From positions 62,001-126,000 of the IMG/VR virus record IMGVR_UViG_3300042922_001182: a stretch of DNA of 64,000 nucleotides, one strand, 5' to 3'. Below, piece after piece: positions 35,057 through 44,652 of the stretch. How positions within the stretch are numbered: position 1 is the stretch's first letter; every line of letters begins with the position of its first letter. The notes beneath the pieces were generated by a model, which ran no database searches, was not told where the DNA came from, and saw only the letters and a list, made by a program, of their open reading frames with translations. The position numbers were made by a program, and so were the translations under genes.

Positions 35057-35830
35057 ATGGCCACTCGACGCAAGAGCATGAACACCTGGCAGGGCACCGG
35101 CTGGGAGCAGGAAGCCGGTCAAGACCCGACTCGACGGGGCGCCCCGGCGGCAAGGGCCCGAGGCGGCATGGACGAGTTCCTGTCGCACGAGGCCCCGCAG
35201 GAGGAGCTGGACAAGCTCGCCCAGGCGGGCGTCTCCCGCGAGGACGTGGACAGCCGCGTCTTCGCCCAGGAGCAGGGCGGTGGCGGCGGCGGCGGCTACA
35301 TGGCCGAGGCCGTCCAGACCGGCCCGCGCCCGCTCCCCGGCCGCACCGGCCAGGTCCAGCAGCGGCGCCAGGCCGTCCCCGGCCCCGTGACCTGGGTGCC
35401 CGAGGAGCAGGCGGCTCAGTACGAGGAGGAGTACGAGGAGCAGGAGCGCCCGCGCCTCGCCGGTCGAGTCCGCGCCACCGGCCCGGTGGCGATCGGCCCG
35501 CACGGCGAGGAGGTCCACGTCCCGGTGATGCGCGGCCTGCCCATGCGCACCTACAGCGAGCAGCCCCGAGTGGCCGTCCAGCTGTTCGAGGACGAGGAGC
35601 TCCAGTTCGACTACGAGCACGGCAAGCGCGTCTCGATCCCCATCACCGGCCGGTTCTACAACATGATCGGCAAGATGGGCGGCGAGATCCGCAAGCAGCA
35701 GCTCGGCCCCGAGGGCTACAGCCGCATGGGCAAGATGGGCGGCGACAAGGTGGCCCGGATGTACCGGGCGGCTCAGCAGGCCGAGCGCCAGCGCATCGAG
35801 GCGGCCCGCAGCGGCCGGAGGACGAGGTAG
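35057..35830 (+). CDS. Hydrophilic protein with C-terminal GsiB/Em (LEA_5, KGG-repeat) motif
   Basis: FYNMIGKMGGEIRKQQLGPEGYSRMGKMGG resembles the Em/GsiB 20-mer GGETRKEQLG.EGY.EMGRKGG; AAAGGAGG RBS. Confidence 0.7.
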   Translation: MATRRKSMNTWQGTGWEQEAGQDPTRRGAPAARARGGMDEFLSHEAPQEELDKLAQAGVSREDVDSRVFAQEQGGGGGGGYMAEAVQTGPRPLPGRTGQVQQRRQAVPGPVTWVPEEQAAQYEEEYEEQERPRLAGRVRATGPVAIGPHGEEVHVPVMRGLPMRTYSEQPRVAVQLFEDEELQFDYEHGKRVSIPITGRFYNMIGKMGGEIRKQQLGPEGYSRMGKMGGDKVARMYRAAQQAERQRIEAARSGRRTR

Positions 35831-35869
35831 AGGAAGGGGGCGAGACACCAACCTAACCCGCTGCGCAGT

Positions 35870-35900
35870 GGGGGGACGGCAGGGATGCCGTCCCCCTTTT
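35870..35900 (+). terminator. Intrinsic terminator
   Basis: GGGGGACGGCA/TGCCGTCCCCC plus TTTT. Confidence 0.7.
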
Positions 35901-35904
35901 CACG

Positions 35905-35914
35905 CACATATTAT
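35905..35914 (+). promoter_or_regulatory. Early-type motif CACATATTAT heading the accessory gene array
   Basis: Exact motif immediately after a terminator. Confidence 0.6.
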
Positions 35915-35959
35915 GCCCTTGACAACGGTTTGCTGACTACGGAAAGAGGTATTTCCAAC

Positions 35960-36205
35960 ATGGTGATCATCAACGGAAACAAGAGCGTCTACGACAAGGA
36001 CGCCCTCCTGGCGCTCTACTTCGCGATCGCCCGTGGCGACTACATCCTCGTGGATACCACCAAGATGCTGTACGCCAACGGCCAAGGGTTCTCCACCGTC
36101 GACGAAGGGGTTTCTACGATCCTGCTCGATGCCAAGGCGACCGCCCGCCGTGTCGCCAACATCGTCGAGGAGCGGGCCAAGGATCTCATCAAGGAGAAGG
36201 ACTAG
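35960..36205 (+). CDS. Hypothetical protein
   Basis: AGAGGT RBS. Confidence 0.7.
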   Translation: MVIINGNKSVYDKDALLALYFAIARGDYILVDTTKMLYANGQGFSTVDEGVSTILLDAKATARRVANIVEERAKDLIKEKD

Positions 36206-36206
36206 C

Positions 36207-36563
36207 ATGGATAAAGAGAAGCGTCTCTCTGAGCTCGTGTCCCGCTGGAAGTTCATCGCCGCACTCCAGAAGGAGATGCGGGACACCATCACCGCCCGTA
36301 TCGCGACGGAGGATGATGCGCGAATCAAGGTGCTGCAGCTGCCGCCGGGGAGCTACCGCGTCTACAAGGACATCATGCTCCACAAGCTGGGTCTGAACAT
36401 CACCACCGGCTCCGCCGAGGCCATGCTCCGGATCGGCGACATCGCCGTGAACGGCATCCCCATCGTCGAGCGCCAGGACTGGGTCGATGTCCACGCCGGT
36501 GGCATCGTGGTGATCACGGTGCAGAATACGGACTTCATCATCCAAGGCGTAAAAGCCACGTAA
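36207..36563 (+). CDS. Putative S4-like RNA-binding domain protein
   Basis: LHKLGL..T...A..ML..G.IAVNG......D.V...G.VVIT resembles S4. Confidence 0.4.
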   Translation: MDKEKRLSELVSRWKFIAALQKEMRDTITARIATEDDARIKVLQLPPGSYRVYKDIMLHKLGLNITTGSAEAMLRIGDIAVNGIPIVERQDWVDVHAGGIVVITVQNTDFIIQGVKAT

Positions 36564-36582
36564 AGGAAAGGAAACAGAACAC

Positions 36583-37014
36583 ATGGGAATCACACTGCTC
36601 CGGGAGGCCATCGAGCCCCACATCAAGGAGGTGGAGGAGTCGCACGCCGCAGTCATCAAGGAGAACGACGTCGACGGCCCCGGCGAGATGGAGCCGGACG
36701 CCTTCGACCACGTCAACCTGGTGATGGCGATGTTCGAGTTCGTGCCCCAGGACGTCCGCGACGAGCTGGACAAGCTCCCCGGTCGGGCCTTCGAGGACGA
36801 CAAGCCGCGAATCGGCCAATGGGGGACCATCGATCTCAGTGAGAACACCGTCGAGGCCGTCTTCGCCAAGTACTTCGGCGTCCCCCTGGACCTCATGCTC
36901 GGGCTGGAGCTCATCTCCCGGGTGGCGGAGCTCACCCCGGACCCCGTCTCCGAGATCGAGCACGTACGGCAGTACCTCGACCTCTACGAGCGGCTCCACC
37001 CTCAGTACAAATAG
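36583..37014 (+). CDS. Acidic hypothetical protein
   Basis: AAGGAAAGG RBS. Confidence 0.7.
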   Translation: MGITLLREAIEPHIKEVEESHAAVIKENDVDGPGEMEPDAFDHVNLVMAMFEFVPQDVRDELDKLPGRAFEDDKPRIGQWGTIDLSENTVEAVFAKYFGVPLDLMLGLELISRVAELTPDPVSEIEHVRQYLDLYERLHPQYK

Positions 37015-37026
37015 GAGGAATGAACC

Positions 37027-37404
37027 TTGATCATCAACCCCACCTACAGGCAGAAGAAGCCCGCGAACGCCGTCGTTGCGATCATGCGGGTCGAGAAGAA
37101 GGCGACCAAGAACGTCATCGTCTTCTTCCCCGAGTTACCCTTCGGCACGGATGAGAACGGGTACGTCCTGTGCAAGGCGTTCAACGCCACGACCGGGACC
37201 TGGTTCGGCGCCCACTACAAGCAGTGGCTCAGCCGCACCGAGACCGCCGACGAGGAACAGCGCAACCAGGCCGACGCAGCTCTGCTCCTCAGCGGGTTCA
37301 CCTCCCCTATGTGGTGGGTCATCGCCACCAACCACATGCACCCCCGAAACCTGATCGCCAACTGGAACGAGGAGCAGAGGCGCTCCCAGGCCAAGGGGGA
37401 GTAG
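37027..37404 (+). CDS. Hypothetical protein
   Basis: AGGAGG RBS with TTG start. Confidence 0.7.
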   Translation: MIINPTYRQKKPANAVVAIMRVEKKATKNVIVFFPELPFGTDENGYVLCKAFNATTGTWFGAHYKQWLSRTETADEEQRNQADAALLLSGFTSPMWWVIATNHMHPRNLIANWNEEQRRSQAKGE

Positions 37405-37408
37405 GCCC

Positions 37409-37636
37409 GTGGACATGCCGATGAGGGTCGAGGCCACCTTCGACCCCGCAGACCCCGCCGACCTGAGCCCCCACGCCCCGGCCGTGGGCGAGCGCCACAC
37501 CTTCGCCCGCTACCGGGTCGCGGAGGAGGGCCCTTACGCTGGGCAGTGGACCTGGACGCACGTCCGCAGCGACGGCACCGGGGGCACCTGGGTGCCTGAG
37601 TGCGACCTGAAGGACATCAAGGAGGTGTCGAAGTGA
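37409..37636 (+). CDS. Small SH3-like hypothetical protein
   Basis: Codon bias; WVPECDLK end. Confidence 0.55.
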   Translation: MDMPMRVEATFDPADPADLSPHAPAVGERHTFARYRVAEEGPYAGQWTWTHVRSDGTGGTWVPECDLKDIKEVSK

Positions 37637-38232
37637 AGAACGGACCAGTGACGAGGGAGGACCCCAAGGAGAAGGACCCCCTCATCAGATCAAGGGCCCC
37701 TATCATCAGCGTCGTGACGGTCGATTCTGGTCGAGAGGCCACTGAGATCCTCGACAAGGGCGATATCATCCAGTCCATCGGCGTCCCCGAGGCGAAGATG
37801 CTCAAATTCGTCAAGAGGGGCGATTGGATAGTCCTGAACGTCCGGGGCCACGGCGTGGTCATGGCCGGGAAGGTCACCCACGACGGGGACCCGGAGAGCG
37901 CCTCCTGGTGCTACGCCGGGACGGTGTCGCTGGACATCCAGGACGACCTGATGACCCCGGAGGAGCTGGGGCCGATCCTGGAGGGGAACGCCGCCAAGGG
38001 GCTCTTCGACATCGCCGCCAGGGGGCGGTACGGCCGCTTCTCGCTGCCGGACGACGCCCCGAGGTTCGTCGAGCTAATCGGACACACATCATTCATGCGG
38101 GAGGACATCGTCCGCGCCCTCATGAAGCGCTTGGACGCCGCTATCCGGGTCAAGGAGACCCCGGAGGAGAAGAAGCAGCGGATCCAGTCCCAGTTCTCCC
38201 ACCTGAAGAAGAAAGAAAGGAACGACCAATGA
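37633..38232 (+). CDS. Hypothetical protein
   Basis: GGAGGT RBS, GTGA overlap. Confidence 0.7.
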   Translation: MKNGPVTREDPKEKDPLIRSRAPIISVVTVDSGREATEILDKGDIIQSIGVPEAKMLKFVKRGDWIVLNVRGHGVVMAGKVTHDGDPESASWCYAGTVSLDIQDDLMTPEELGPILEGNAAKGLFDIAARGRYGRFSLPDDAPRFVELIGHTSFMREDIVRALMKRLDAAIRVKETPEEKKQRIQSQFSHLKKKERNDQ

Positions 38233-38867
38233 TTCGAGTCACGACTCCCGAGGCGGCCATCGCCATCGCGGAGCAGAACGCCCCCGGTAGCCGGTACGAC
38301 GTCATCCTCAGGGCCGTCGCCGCCCGCCTGGAGGAGCTGAAGGACGCCTTCGCCTCCGAGGGGGTCGAGTACGACCCCGAGGAGCACGGGGCCGTCAAGG
38401 TCATGGACCACCCCGACGACTTCGACAAGGAAGAGGAGGGCGGCGCTGCCCCCGTCTCGCAGCGCATCTTCGAATCCATCACCTGGCATCCCGATCCCAT
38501 CGGGGTCGGCGGTTACTGGCAGCTGATTCAGCTCGGTGACGGCGACGCCTCCGAGACCTACATCGTCCCCAAGGGGCACCTCTACGCGGACGACGAGAAG
38601 TGGCTGGAGGAGCAGGTCCCCTCCGTCGAGCTGGCCTTAACGAACGGAGGCCCCTTGGTCGACAAGCTCTGCGACAAGTTCCGCGATAGTTCCTTCGAGA
38701 CCTTCAGCCAGGGGTTCGCCGAGGAGTACAACCACCTCGCCGAGTACAACCGGGACATGGAGCTCCCCCGCGACGAAGCGTCTTACATGGCGCTCGCAAC
38801 CCCCATCTACGAGAGCCTGAAGAAGGAGCTCTACCCCAACTTGGAGGCCGACACCGATGGCGACTAA
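38229..38867 (+). CDS. Acidic hypothetical protein
   Basis: ATGA overlap, AAAGG RBS. Confidence 0.7.
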   Translation: MIRVTTPEAAIAIAEQNAPGSRYDVILRAVAARLEELKDAFASEGVEYDPEEHGAVKVMDHPDDFDKEEEGGAAPVSQRIFESITWHPDPIGVGGYWQLIQLGDGDASETYIVPKGHLYADDEKWLEEQVPSVELALTNGGPLVDKLCDKFRDSSFETFSQGFAEEYNHLAEYNRDMELPRDEASYMALATPIYESLKKELYPNLEADTDGD

Positions 38868-39261
38868 CGAGCCCCGCATCCAGCTCCAGTGGGGCTACAA
38901 CGGCGCCACCCCCGAGGGCGTCACCGCCGCCTGGGGCGTCCGGGCTGTCGTCGAGGACCGCTGGGTCTCGATGGGCGGTTGCCGCCAGAGCAACGTCGGC
39001 CCCAAGGAGGAGGTCGACGCCATCATCAAGCTGCTGAACTCCGGCGTGAACGCCGAGTGGCTGGCCCGCGCCAACGGCCTCCTCCAGGACAACGAGATCC
39101 ACCCCGCCCGGGAGCGTCAGGTCGTCCTGTACGCCAACGACGTCTCCCGCCTGGTGGTGGTGGGCAACACCAACGCCAGCCACGGCTACCTGTACGTGTC
39201 GGCCTTCTTCGACCACGACAACAAGACCGGGTGGCTTGACCGCGAGCACCCGATCGCCTAG
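38857..39261 (+). CDS. Hypothetical protein
   Basis: GGAGG RBS. Confidence 0.7.
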   Translation: MATNEPRIQLQWGYNGATPEGVTAAWGVRAVVEDRWVSMGGCRQSNVGPKEEVDAIIKLLNSGVNAEWLARANGLLQDNEIHPARERQVVLYANDVSRLVVVGNTNASHGYLYVSAFFDHDNKTGWLDREHPIA

Positions 39262-39277
39262 CTAGAGGAGAGACACC

Positions 39278-39640
39278 TTGGACAACAACGGCATCCCCTG
39301 CACCGTCGGCCAGCCCCAGATCGAGGGCAGCGTCGACCATCTCTCGGAGGGCATCACTAAGGAGCAGGTCGACCTCGTCTTCCAGACGGTCGAGCGGGCC
39401 CTCATCGAGGAGGTCGGCGACGACATCGTCAACTCCAAGATGAGCGCCATCGTCGACGTTGCCGGGAGCGAGGTCACGGTGACCCTCACCCTCAACCAGG
39501 TCGGCAACTGGGGGATCCCCAACACCGACGACGGCCTGGCCCAGATCTTCCGCGACGTCAAGGGCATGGCCCGTAGCCTCAAGGAGGGCGAGAGCCACAA
39601 CGACAACCTCAAGCGACTCCGTCCCGGCGAGTTCGCCTAG
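39278..39640 (+). CDS. Hypothetical protein
   Basis: GAGGAG RBS with TTG start. Confidence 0.7.
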   Translation: MDNNGIPCTVGQPQIEGSVDHLSEGITKEQVDLVFQTVERALIEEVGDDIVNSKMSAIVDVAGSEVTVTLTLNQVGNWGIPNTDDGLAQIFRDVKGMARSLKEGESHNDNLKRLRPGEFA

Positions 39641-39651
39641 GCAAACCCAGC

Positions 39652-39688
39652 AAAGGCCCTGTGAGAGATCGCAGGGCCTTTTATTTTG
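39652..39688 (+). terminator. Intrinsic terminator
   Basis: AAAGGCCCTG/CAGGGCCTTT plus T-rich tail. Confidence 0.7.
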
Positions 39689-39701
39689 TAAGGAGACCAG
39701 C

Positions 39702-40172
39702 GTGTCCAAAGAAAAACTCGCCGACCTCATCAAGAAGAATGAAGAGCTTGGTAGCGTACACTGCGTCGCCCTCAATGAGGATAAGAATGTCCTTCAGAGC
39801 GTTCTAATTGGAGAGGAATACCACTCCAGGGACGTCACGGGGATCCTGCATGACGGCCCCCTTCCCGACCTGCAGGACGCCTTCTTCGTTAGCGACGGGG
39901 GGAAGCTCTACGAGCTGCAGTACGTCATCGTCGGGAAGCTGGTGGAGGTCGCCCACCCCACCTCCACCACCTGCCCCTACCACGGCGTGGTCTGCCGCGA
40001 GTGCGGGGAGCACGTCAGCGTCTTCCACGCCGGAAACGAGTGGAAGGAGCTGCTCAACGAGCGCATCCAAGAGCACGTCGACGGAGACCACCCAGACCTC
40101 AAGCGGGACTACCCCGACCTGGTGGTCGAGTCCCTGCTCACCCCCCTCCCCACCTACAAGCCGTTCGGCTAG
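39702..40172 (+). CDS. Hypothetical protein with Cys/His metal-binding motif
   Basis: CPYH...CRECG. Confidence 0.7.
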   Translation: MSKEKLADLIKKNEELGSVHCVALNEDKNVLQSVLIGEEYHSRDVTGILHDGPLPDLQDAFFVSDGGKLYELQYVIVGKLVEVAHPTSTTCPYHGVVCRECGEHVSVFHAGNEWKELLNERIQEHVDGDHPDLKRDYPDLVVESLLTPLPTYKPFG

Positions 40173-40184
40173 GAGAAGGAAGTC

Positions 40185-40985
40185 ATGAGCAAAGAGATCC
40201 ACAGCGACAAGCTGGCCACCAAGGAGAAGATCGTCAACTGCGTCCTCCTCGGCGGCGGCTGTATCACCAACCTCCCCCAGGTCGACCCCGAGACCGGGCT
40301 CTACCGCGTGGCGGCCTGGGACGGGAAGCTCGATTGGTACGCCGACCTCACGGCTGAGGAGTGGCGCGAGACCGACTCGATCATCACCGGCTACCTGCTC
40401 CTGGAGCGGGTCAAGCGGGAGCACCCCGGCTTCATCTTCGAGATCGAGCAGGACATCGACGAGCACTTCGTCTGGGAGGGAGAGGCTAACGATCCCCGGC
40501 TAGATGGGGACGGCCAGTTCTACGACATCCTGGTCTACGCCAAGGCCATCGTCGACGGCGAGTTCGTGACCGGCGAGGCGGTCCTGGGGAGCACCTACAT
40601 GGACTACGGCCAGCCCCTCGGGGACGTCAACGGCTACCTGGAGCAGCTTCTCAAGGACGCGGTCGAGGACCTGATGGCGAATCTGGAGAGGAAGGGGGTT
40701 CAGGTCTTTCTCGGCCACACGGTATACGCCGAGTGGCCGAGCTACGACCAGTTCCGGGCCGCCCGGGATCGGTTCTACGAGAGCCCCATCGAGCCGTATA
40801 CCGGCCTCCTTTGGGCCCCTCCCGGGAAGAGCTCCCTCTCCATGAGGTCCACCACGCCGATGGCGTGGGAGCAGGCGGAGGCCCTGGCGCGGACCATCAA
40901 GTCGGCTCACCCGCCGAGCCACCTCCAGATCAGCACCCACGCCACCACCGTTTCCAAGGAGATCATCATCAATGGGAAAGGCTAA
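40185..40985 (+). CDS. Acidic hypothetical protein
   Basis: AGGAGAAGG RBS. Confidence 0.7.
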   Translation: MSKEIHSDKLATKEKIVNCVLLGGGCITNLPQVDPETGLYRVAAWDGKLDWYADLTAEEWRETDSIITGYLLLERVKREHPGFIFEIEQDIDEHFVWEGEANDPRLDGDGQFYDILVYAKAIVDGEFVTGEAVLGSTYMDYGQPLGDVNGYLEQLLKDAVEDLMANLERKGVQVFLGHTVYAEWPSYDQFRAARDRFYESPIEPYTGLLWAPPGKSSLSMRSTTPMAWEQAEALARTIKSAHPPSHLQISTHATTVSKEIIINGKG

Positions 40986-42231
40986 CCGGGACAAGATCCG
41001 CAAGCTCCCCTTCGAGTCGAAGGAGAAGATCCCCCTCCTTGTGGAGGAGGCCGAGTCCGTCCTCAAGGTCGTCGAGTCCGTCTTCGGGCCCTTCGCCCGC
41101 AGCGCGGCCTCCTACGAGGGGATGGACGACACCGAGGCCATCACCATCCCCATCAGCGATGGCCCCCTCCAGGGCAACATGCGCCTATGGTTCTGCAGCC
41201 GGGCGGGTCGGTTCGGCGACGAGAAGCACCCCGACCTGTTCGAGGTCTTCATCGACGACGGGTACCCCTACCGGGAGGCGTCGGAGACCATGGGCTTCGC
41301 CGACACCAAGGGGCCCATCGACGACGACGCCCCGTTCTACGATCGTGGCGTGACGCTTCGGGTGCCTCTCAAGAACCCGAAGCATGCCGCCAAGGTCTTG
41401 GAGCGCCTCATGGAGGTCATCAAGGCGTCGGGGGTCCACCCGGAGCTGCTCGACAACTCCCCGGAGAGGGCCCTGGAGTTCTACCGGAGGGACCCCGTGT
41501 CCTACGAGGTCCGGGCGCTCATGCCGCTGGTGGACCACTCCAAGCAGAGCTACGGATGGGGCCTGGACATCGAGGCCATCGCCTCGGTCCTGTTGGAGGC
41601 GGGCCTCCCCACCCACTACGAGCACAAGTATCCCAAGGCATTCTCCATCCCTCCCGGATTGGAGAATCGCAAGAAGCTGGTCAAGCGCAGCTGGATCACC
41701 GTCCGCATCGACAATGACATCAGGGCCAGGGATCTGGCGAAGGGCCTGGTGGAGATCGGGGCCGTCCAGGTCCACCTCACCATCAAGAGGGTCACCGTCT
41801 CCAACGACCGCCTCTACCCGGAGGACATGAAGGGGGACCACTACGCCTTCACTTCGGAGGAGGTCCCGGTTGAGGTCAAGGTCATCGAGTTCGGCATCCA
41901 CCGCCAGATGGCGTTCGCCGCCGACGGTGAGGGCATCAGCGCCTACGGCAACATGTACCGCAGCGAGGCGGACCACGAGGACGGGAAGGACTTCGAGCCA
42001 TCGGGCTGGGACGGCTTCGGCTTCCTGGCGGAATGGTGGGACCCCTGGCGGGACCGCGAGATTTCCGGCAGAGACATCATCGCCATGTTCGACGCCGGGC
42101 TGAAGGAGCGAATCCGATCCGGGGATCTGCGCGTCTACTGGCGTGAGGATTACGAAGAGGACAGCGCGACGCTGGTGGATCCGAACGACCCGGAGCGCAT
42201 GTACAGCATCGCCGACGACAACGACACCTAG
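40972..42231 (+). CDS. Hypothetical protein, 419 aa
   Basis: AAGGAG RBS, codon bias. Confidence 0.75.
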   Translation: MGKANRDKIRKLPFESKEKIPLLVEEAESVLKVVESVFGPFARSAASYEGMDDTEAITIPISDGPLQGNMRLWFCSRAGRFGDEKHPDLFEVFIDDGYPYREASETMGFADTKGPIDDDAPFYDRGVTLRVPLKNPKHAAKVLERLMEVIKASGVHPELLDNSPERALEFYRRDPVSYEVRALMPLVDHSKQSYGWGLDIEAIASVLLEAGLPTHYEHKYPKAFSIPPGLENRKKLVKRSWITVRIDNDIRARDLAKGLVEIGAVQVHLTIKRVTVSNDRLYPEDMKGDHYAFTSEEVPVEVKVIEFGIHRQMAFAADGEGISAYGNMYRSEADHEDGKDFEPSGWDGFGFLAEWWDPWRDREISGRDIIAMFDAGLKERIRSGDLRVYWREDYEEDSATLVDPNDPERMYSIADDNDT

Positions 42232-42266
42232 GCGGCTCGTCCGCATATCCGGTAAGGGGTGGGGGG

Positions 42267-42278
42267 AACACGACCGTA
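42267..42278 (+). promoter_or_regulatory. Late-type promoter AACA-cgaccg-TA
   Basis: Exact motif inside a G/C-rich inverted repeat. Confidence 0.45.
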
Positions 42279-42321
42279 TGTGAGCCCCCCTACCCCCAAT
42301 CTCAGAAGGGACATCAGCGAA

Positions 42322-42846
42322 ATGCGCTACACCGATCAGCCCAAGACCGTCGTCACCGACATCAACGCGGGCAAGGCCTACATCATCTCCGGTCGCACCT
42401 TCTTCGTGCTCGCCTCCAACTTCCGCAAGGAGTCCGAGGGCGAGGACGGCCCCATCTACAGCGTCCTCGCCGACCTGAAGGGCGCGGTTACCGTCGTCTC
42501 CGCAGCCGACCTCTACGCCCTGGAGCGGGCCCCCGAGCAGGACAAGAACGAGGGCGGCTTCATCGTGGTCCACGGCCCGGACTCCGGCTGGCGCTACAAG
42601 CACTTCAAGGGCGGTCAGTACCGCGTCGTCAGCTCCAAGGTGGAGGCCCTGGTGGACGGCGAGGTCGTCACCTACGTCGCCTACGAGGCCCACATCAACC
42701 CCTCCCAGCACACCCGCTGGCTGCGCCCCTACGAGTCCTTCTTCGGCGACGTCCGCATCGACAGGAAGACCCTCCAGAGCGTCCCGGACGACGCGCCCCA
42801 GGATGGCACCGTCATCGTCCACCGCTTCGACCTGGTGAGCCGCTGA
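42322..42846 (+). CDS. DUF1653-like domain protein
   Basis: YKHFKGGQYRVV...V.Y.A......W.RPY.SF. Confidence 0.65.
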   Translation: MRYTDQPKTVVTDINAGKAYIISGRTFFVLASNFRKESEGEDGPIYSVLADLKGAVTVVSAADLYALERAPEQDKNEGGFIVVHGPDSGWRYKHFKGGQYRVVSSKVEALVDGEVVTYVAYEAHINPSQHTRWLRPYESFFGDVRIDRKTLQSVPDDAPQDGTVIVHRFDLVSR

Positions 42847-43289
42847 TGGGGTACCAACCTCGCGGGGAATGGCATCCGCGCATCGACCCTCAGCTTCTCG
42901 CCATCGCCGTCGTCCTGAGCGTCATCCTCGGCATCGCGGCCTACTTCATCACCAACCACCTGACGTCGAAGGTCGTCATGGAGGTGGTGGCCGTCGTCGA
43001 CTGGAGGAACTACAAGCCCGAGTGGTACGAGAGCACCACCCGGGCGGTCACCTCCACCACCTACGTCCCCGACGGCAAGGGAGGGACCAAGGCGGTCAGC
43101 ACGACCACCTACGTCCCCGACACGATCTACCACCAGCCGGAGTACCAGGTCCACTTCGCGTGGAGGAGCTTCGGCTACCTGGAGACCTACTACGACCCGT
43201 CCTACGGCGGGTGGCAGGAGGACCAGGAGCGAGACATGGTGATCAGGGAGGGCGGGCTGCGGCGCGACCACTACCTGGCACCCGAATAG
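42846..43289 (+). CDS. Membrane-anchored protein
   Basis: N-terminal TM; internal TTYVPD duplication. Confidence 0.65.
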   Translation: MGYQPRGEWHPRIDPQLLAIAVVLSVILGIAAYFITNHLTSKVVMEVVAVVDWRNYKPEWYESTTRAVTSTTYVPDGKGGTKAVSTTTYVPDTIYHQPEYQVHFAWRSFGYLETYYDPSYGGWQEDQERDMVIREGGLRRDHYLAPE

Positions 43290-43305
43290 AGAAAGGAAAG
43301 AGACC

Positions 43306-44322
43306 TTGAGCAACTTCAACGAGGACCAGTACGTCCGCGTCCAGAGCACCGGCAAGTTCGGGATCGTTCAGCGCGTTGACCCCAAGGACAAGACCCCCGA
43401 CGGCAGGAACGTCCTTCTGGCGTCCCCCAATCGCGGGGAGTCCATGTTCTACGCCCCCGAGGAGGACCTGGCGATCGTGGACCGCGTCATGCTGGTCAAC
43501 CTCATCGAGCAGCTGACCAACACCGTCGAGCGCCTCCCCTTCACCATCCTGGGCGACATGGCGGGCGTCCTCACCTACGACATGCCCCTCAAGGGCGTGG
43601 AGAAGGGCAAGGTCGTCATCGTGGCGTCCTCCGGCGACGCCGTGGAGGTCCTGGACCTGAACTGGACCCCCGGCGCCCCGGTCAAGAACAACGTCAAGGT
43701 CGGCCTCGGCGAGGACGAGTACTGGATCGACGCGGACCAGCTGGTCCCCTCCACGGAGGAGAACATCCGGGAGGCCATCCGGATCAAGCAGAAGTCCCTC
43801 TGGACCCTGCGCTCCCTCGCCGCCAACCTGGGGCAGGAGCCCGCGCTGGCCGAGGAGGAGGGCCTGCGGCACGTCGGCCTGCACGTCAGCGGGACCGGCG
43901 AGATCATGGACATCCTCATGTACGAGTCGTACGAGGAGGCCCGGGACAACCTGCTGGACACCGTCGAGAGCGCCACCGGCTTCCACCCCAAGCGGGGCGA
44001 GACCCTGTCCATGTGGCGCCTGGACGACAGCGGCTCTGCCACCCAGATGCCCCTGCCCCTCGACGAGGAGTTCCTGACCCACGCGGCCAGGTACCACAAC
44101 ACCCAGGTCCCCACCGTCAACCGCATGGTCCACTACCACGCCTACGGCACCCCCGGCGGCGAGTACAAGAGCGTCCCCCGGGCGGCCGTCATCACCGACG
44201 TCATCGACCCGGACCTCGTGGGCCTCGCCATCCTCAACCCCACCGGCCAGTTCTTCAACCCCCGCGTCCCCTACAGCGCGGAGCCGAAGCCCGGCCACTG
44301 GTCCTGGCCCCCTCGGGCCTAG
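43306..44322 (+). CDS. Multi-domain hypothetical protein with SH3-like modules
   Basis: C-terminal PTVNRMVHY...RAAVITDV...VGLAILNPTG.FFN...W.WPPR is a module common in phage small proteins. Confidence 0.65.
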   Translation: MSNFNEDQYVRVQSTGKFGIVQRVDPKDKTPDGRNVLLASPNRGESMFYAPEEDLAIVDRVMLVNLIEQLTNTVERLPFTILGDMAGVLTYDMPLKGVEKGKVVIVASSGDAVEVLDLNWTPGAPVKNNVKVGLGEDEYWIDADQLVPSTEENIREAIRIKQKSLWTLRSLAANLGQEPALAEEEGLRHVGLHVSGTGEIMDILMYESYEEARDNLLDTVESATGFHPKRGETLSMWRLDDSGSATQMPLPLDEEFLTHAARYHNTQVPTVNRMVHYHAYGTPGGEYKSVPRAAVITDVIDPDLVGLAILNPTGQFFNPRVPYSAEPKPGHWSWPPRA

Positions 44323-44329
44323 CCCCTCT

Positions 44330-44361
44330 GGGGTCCCTCCGGGGGCCCCTTTCTTTTTTTT
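44330..44361 (+). terminator. Intrinsic terminator
   Basis: GGGGTCCC/GGGGCCCC plus T-run. Confidence 0.65.
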
Positions 44362-44373
44362 CGGAGGTAGTTC

Positions 44374-44652
44374 ATGAGAGACAAGGAGAGGCTGGCGCAC
44401 GTCGAGGCCAGGATGGCGGAGATCCGAGACCTGGGGGACTCCAAGAGCTTCGAGGTCTGGACCAAGGAGTTCCGCCGACAGCTGGAGGAGGAGATGTCCG
44501 AGCTGCTCAAGAGCATCTGGCTTTCCGCCTTCCCCGAGGACGCCGACAGGTTCTTCTCGGTGACCGTCCACACCACGAGCCTGCTCTACCGGGAGTACAA
44601 GGTCGAGCTGCCGGGCTGGGTGTCGGCGGCCCTGAGGGGGGTGGAGCTGTGA
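44374..44652 (+). CDS. Hypothetical protein
   Basis: GGAGGT RBS. Confidence 0.7.
   Translation: MRDKERLAHVEARMAEIRDLGDSKSFEVWTKEFRRQLEEEMSELLKSIWLSAFPEDADRFFSVTVHTTSLLYREYKVELPGWVSAALRGVEL

Noticed and set aside
35919-35947. TTGACA as a sigma70 -35 box
   Set aside because: No -10 hexamer at 16-18 nt spacing.
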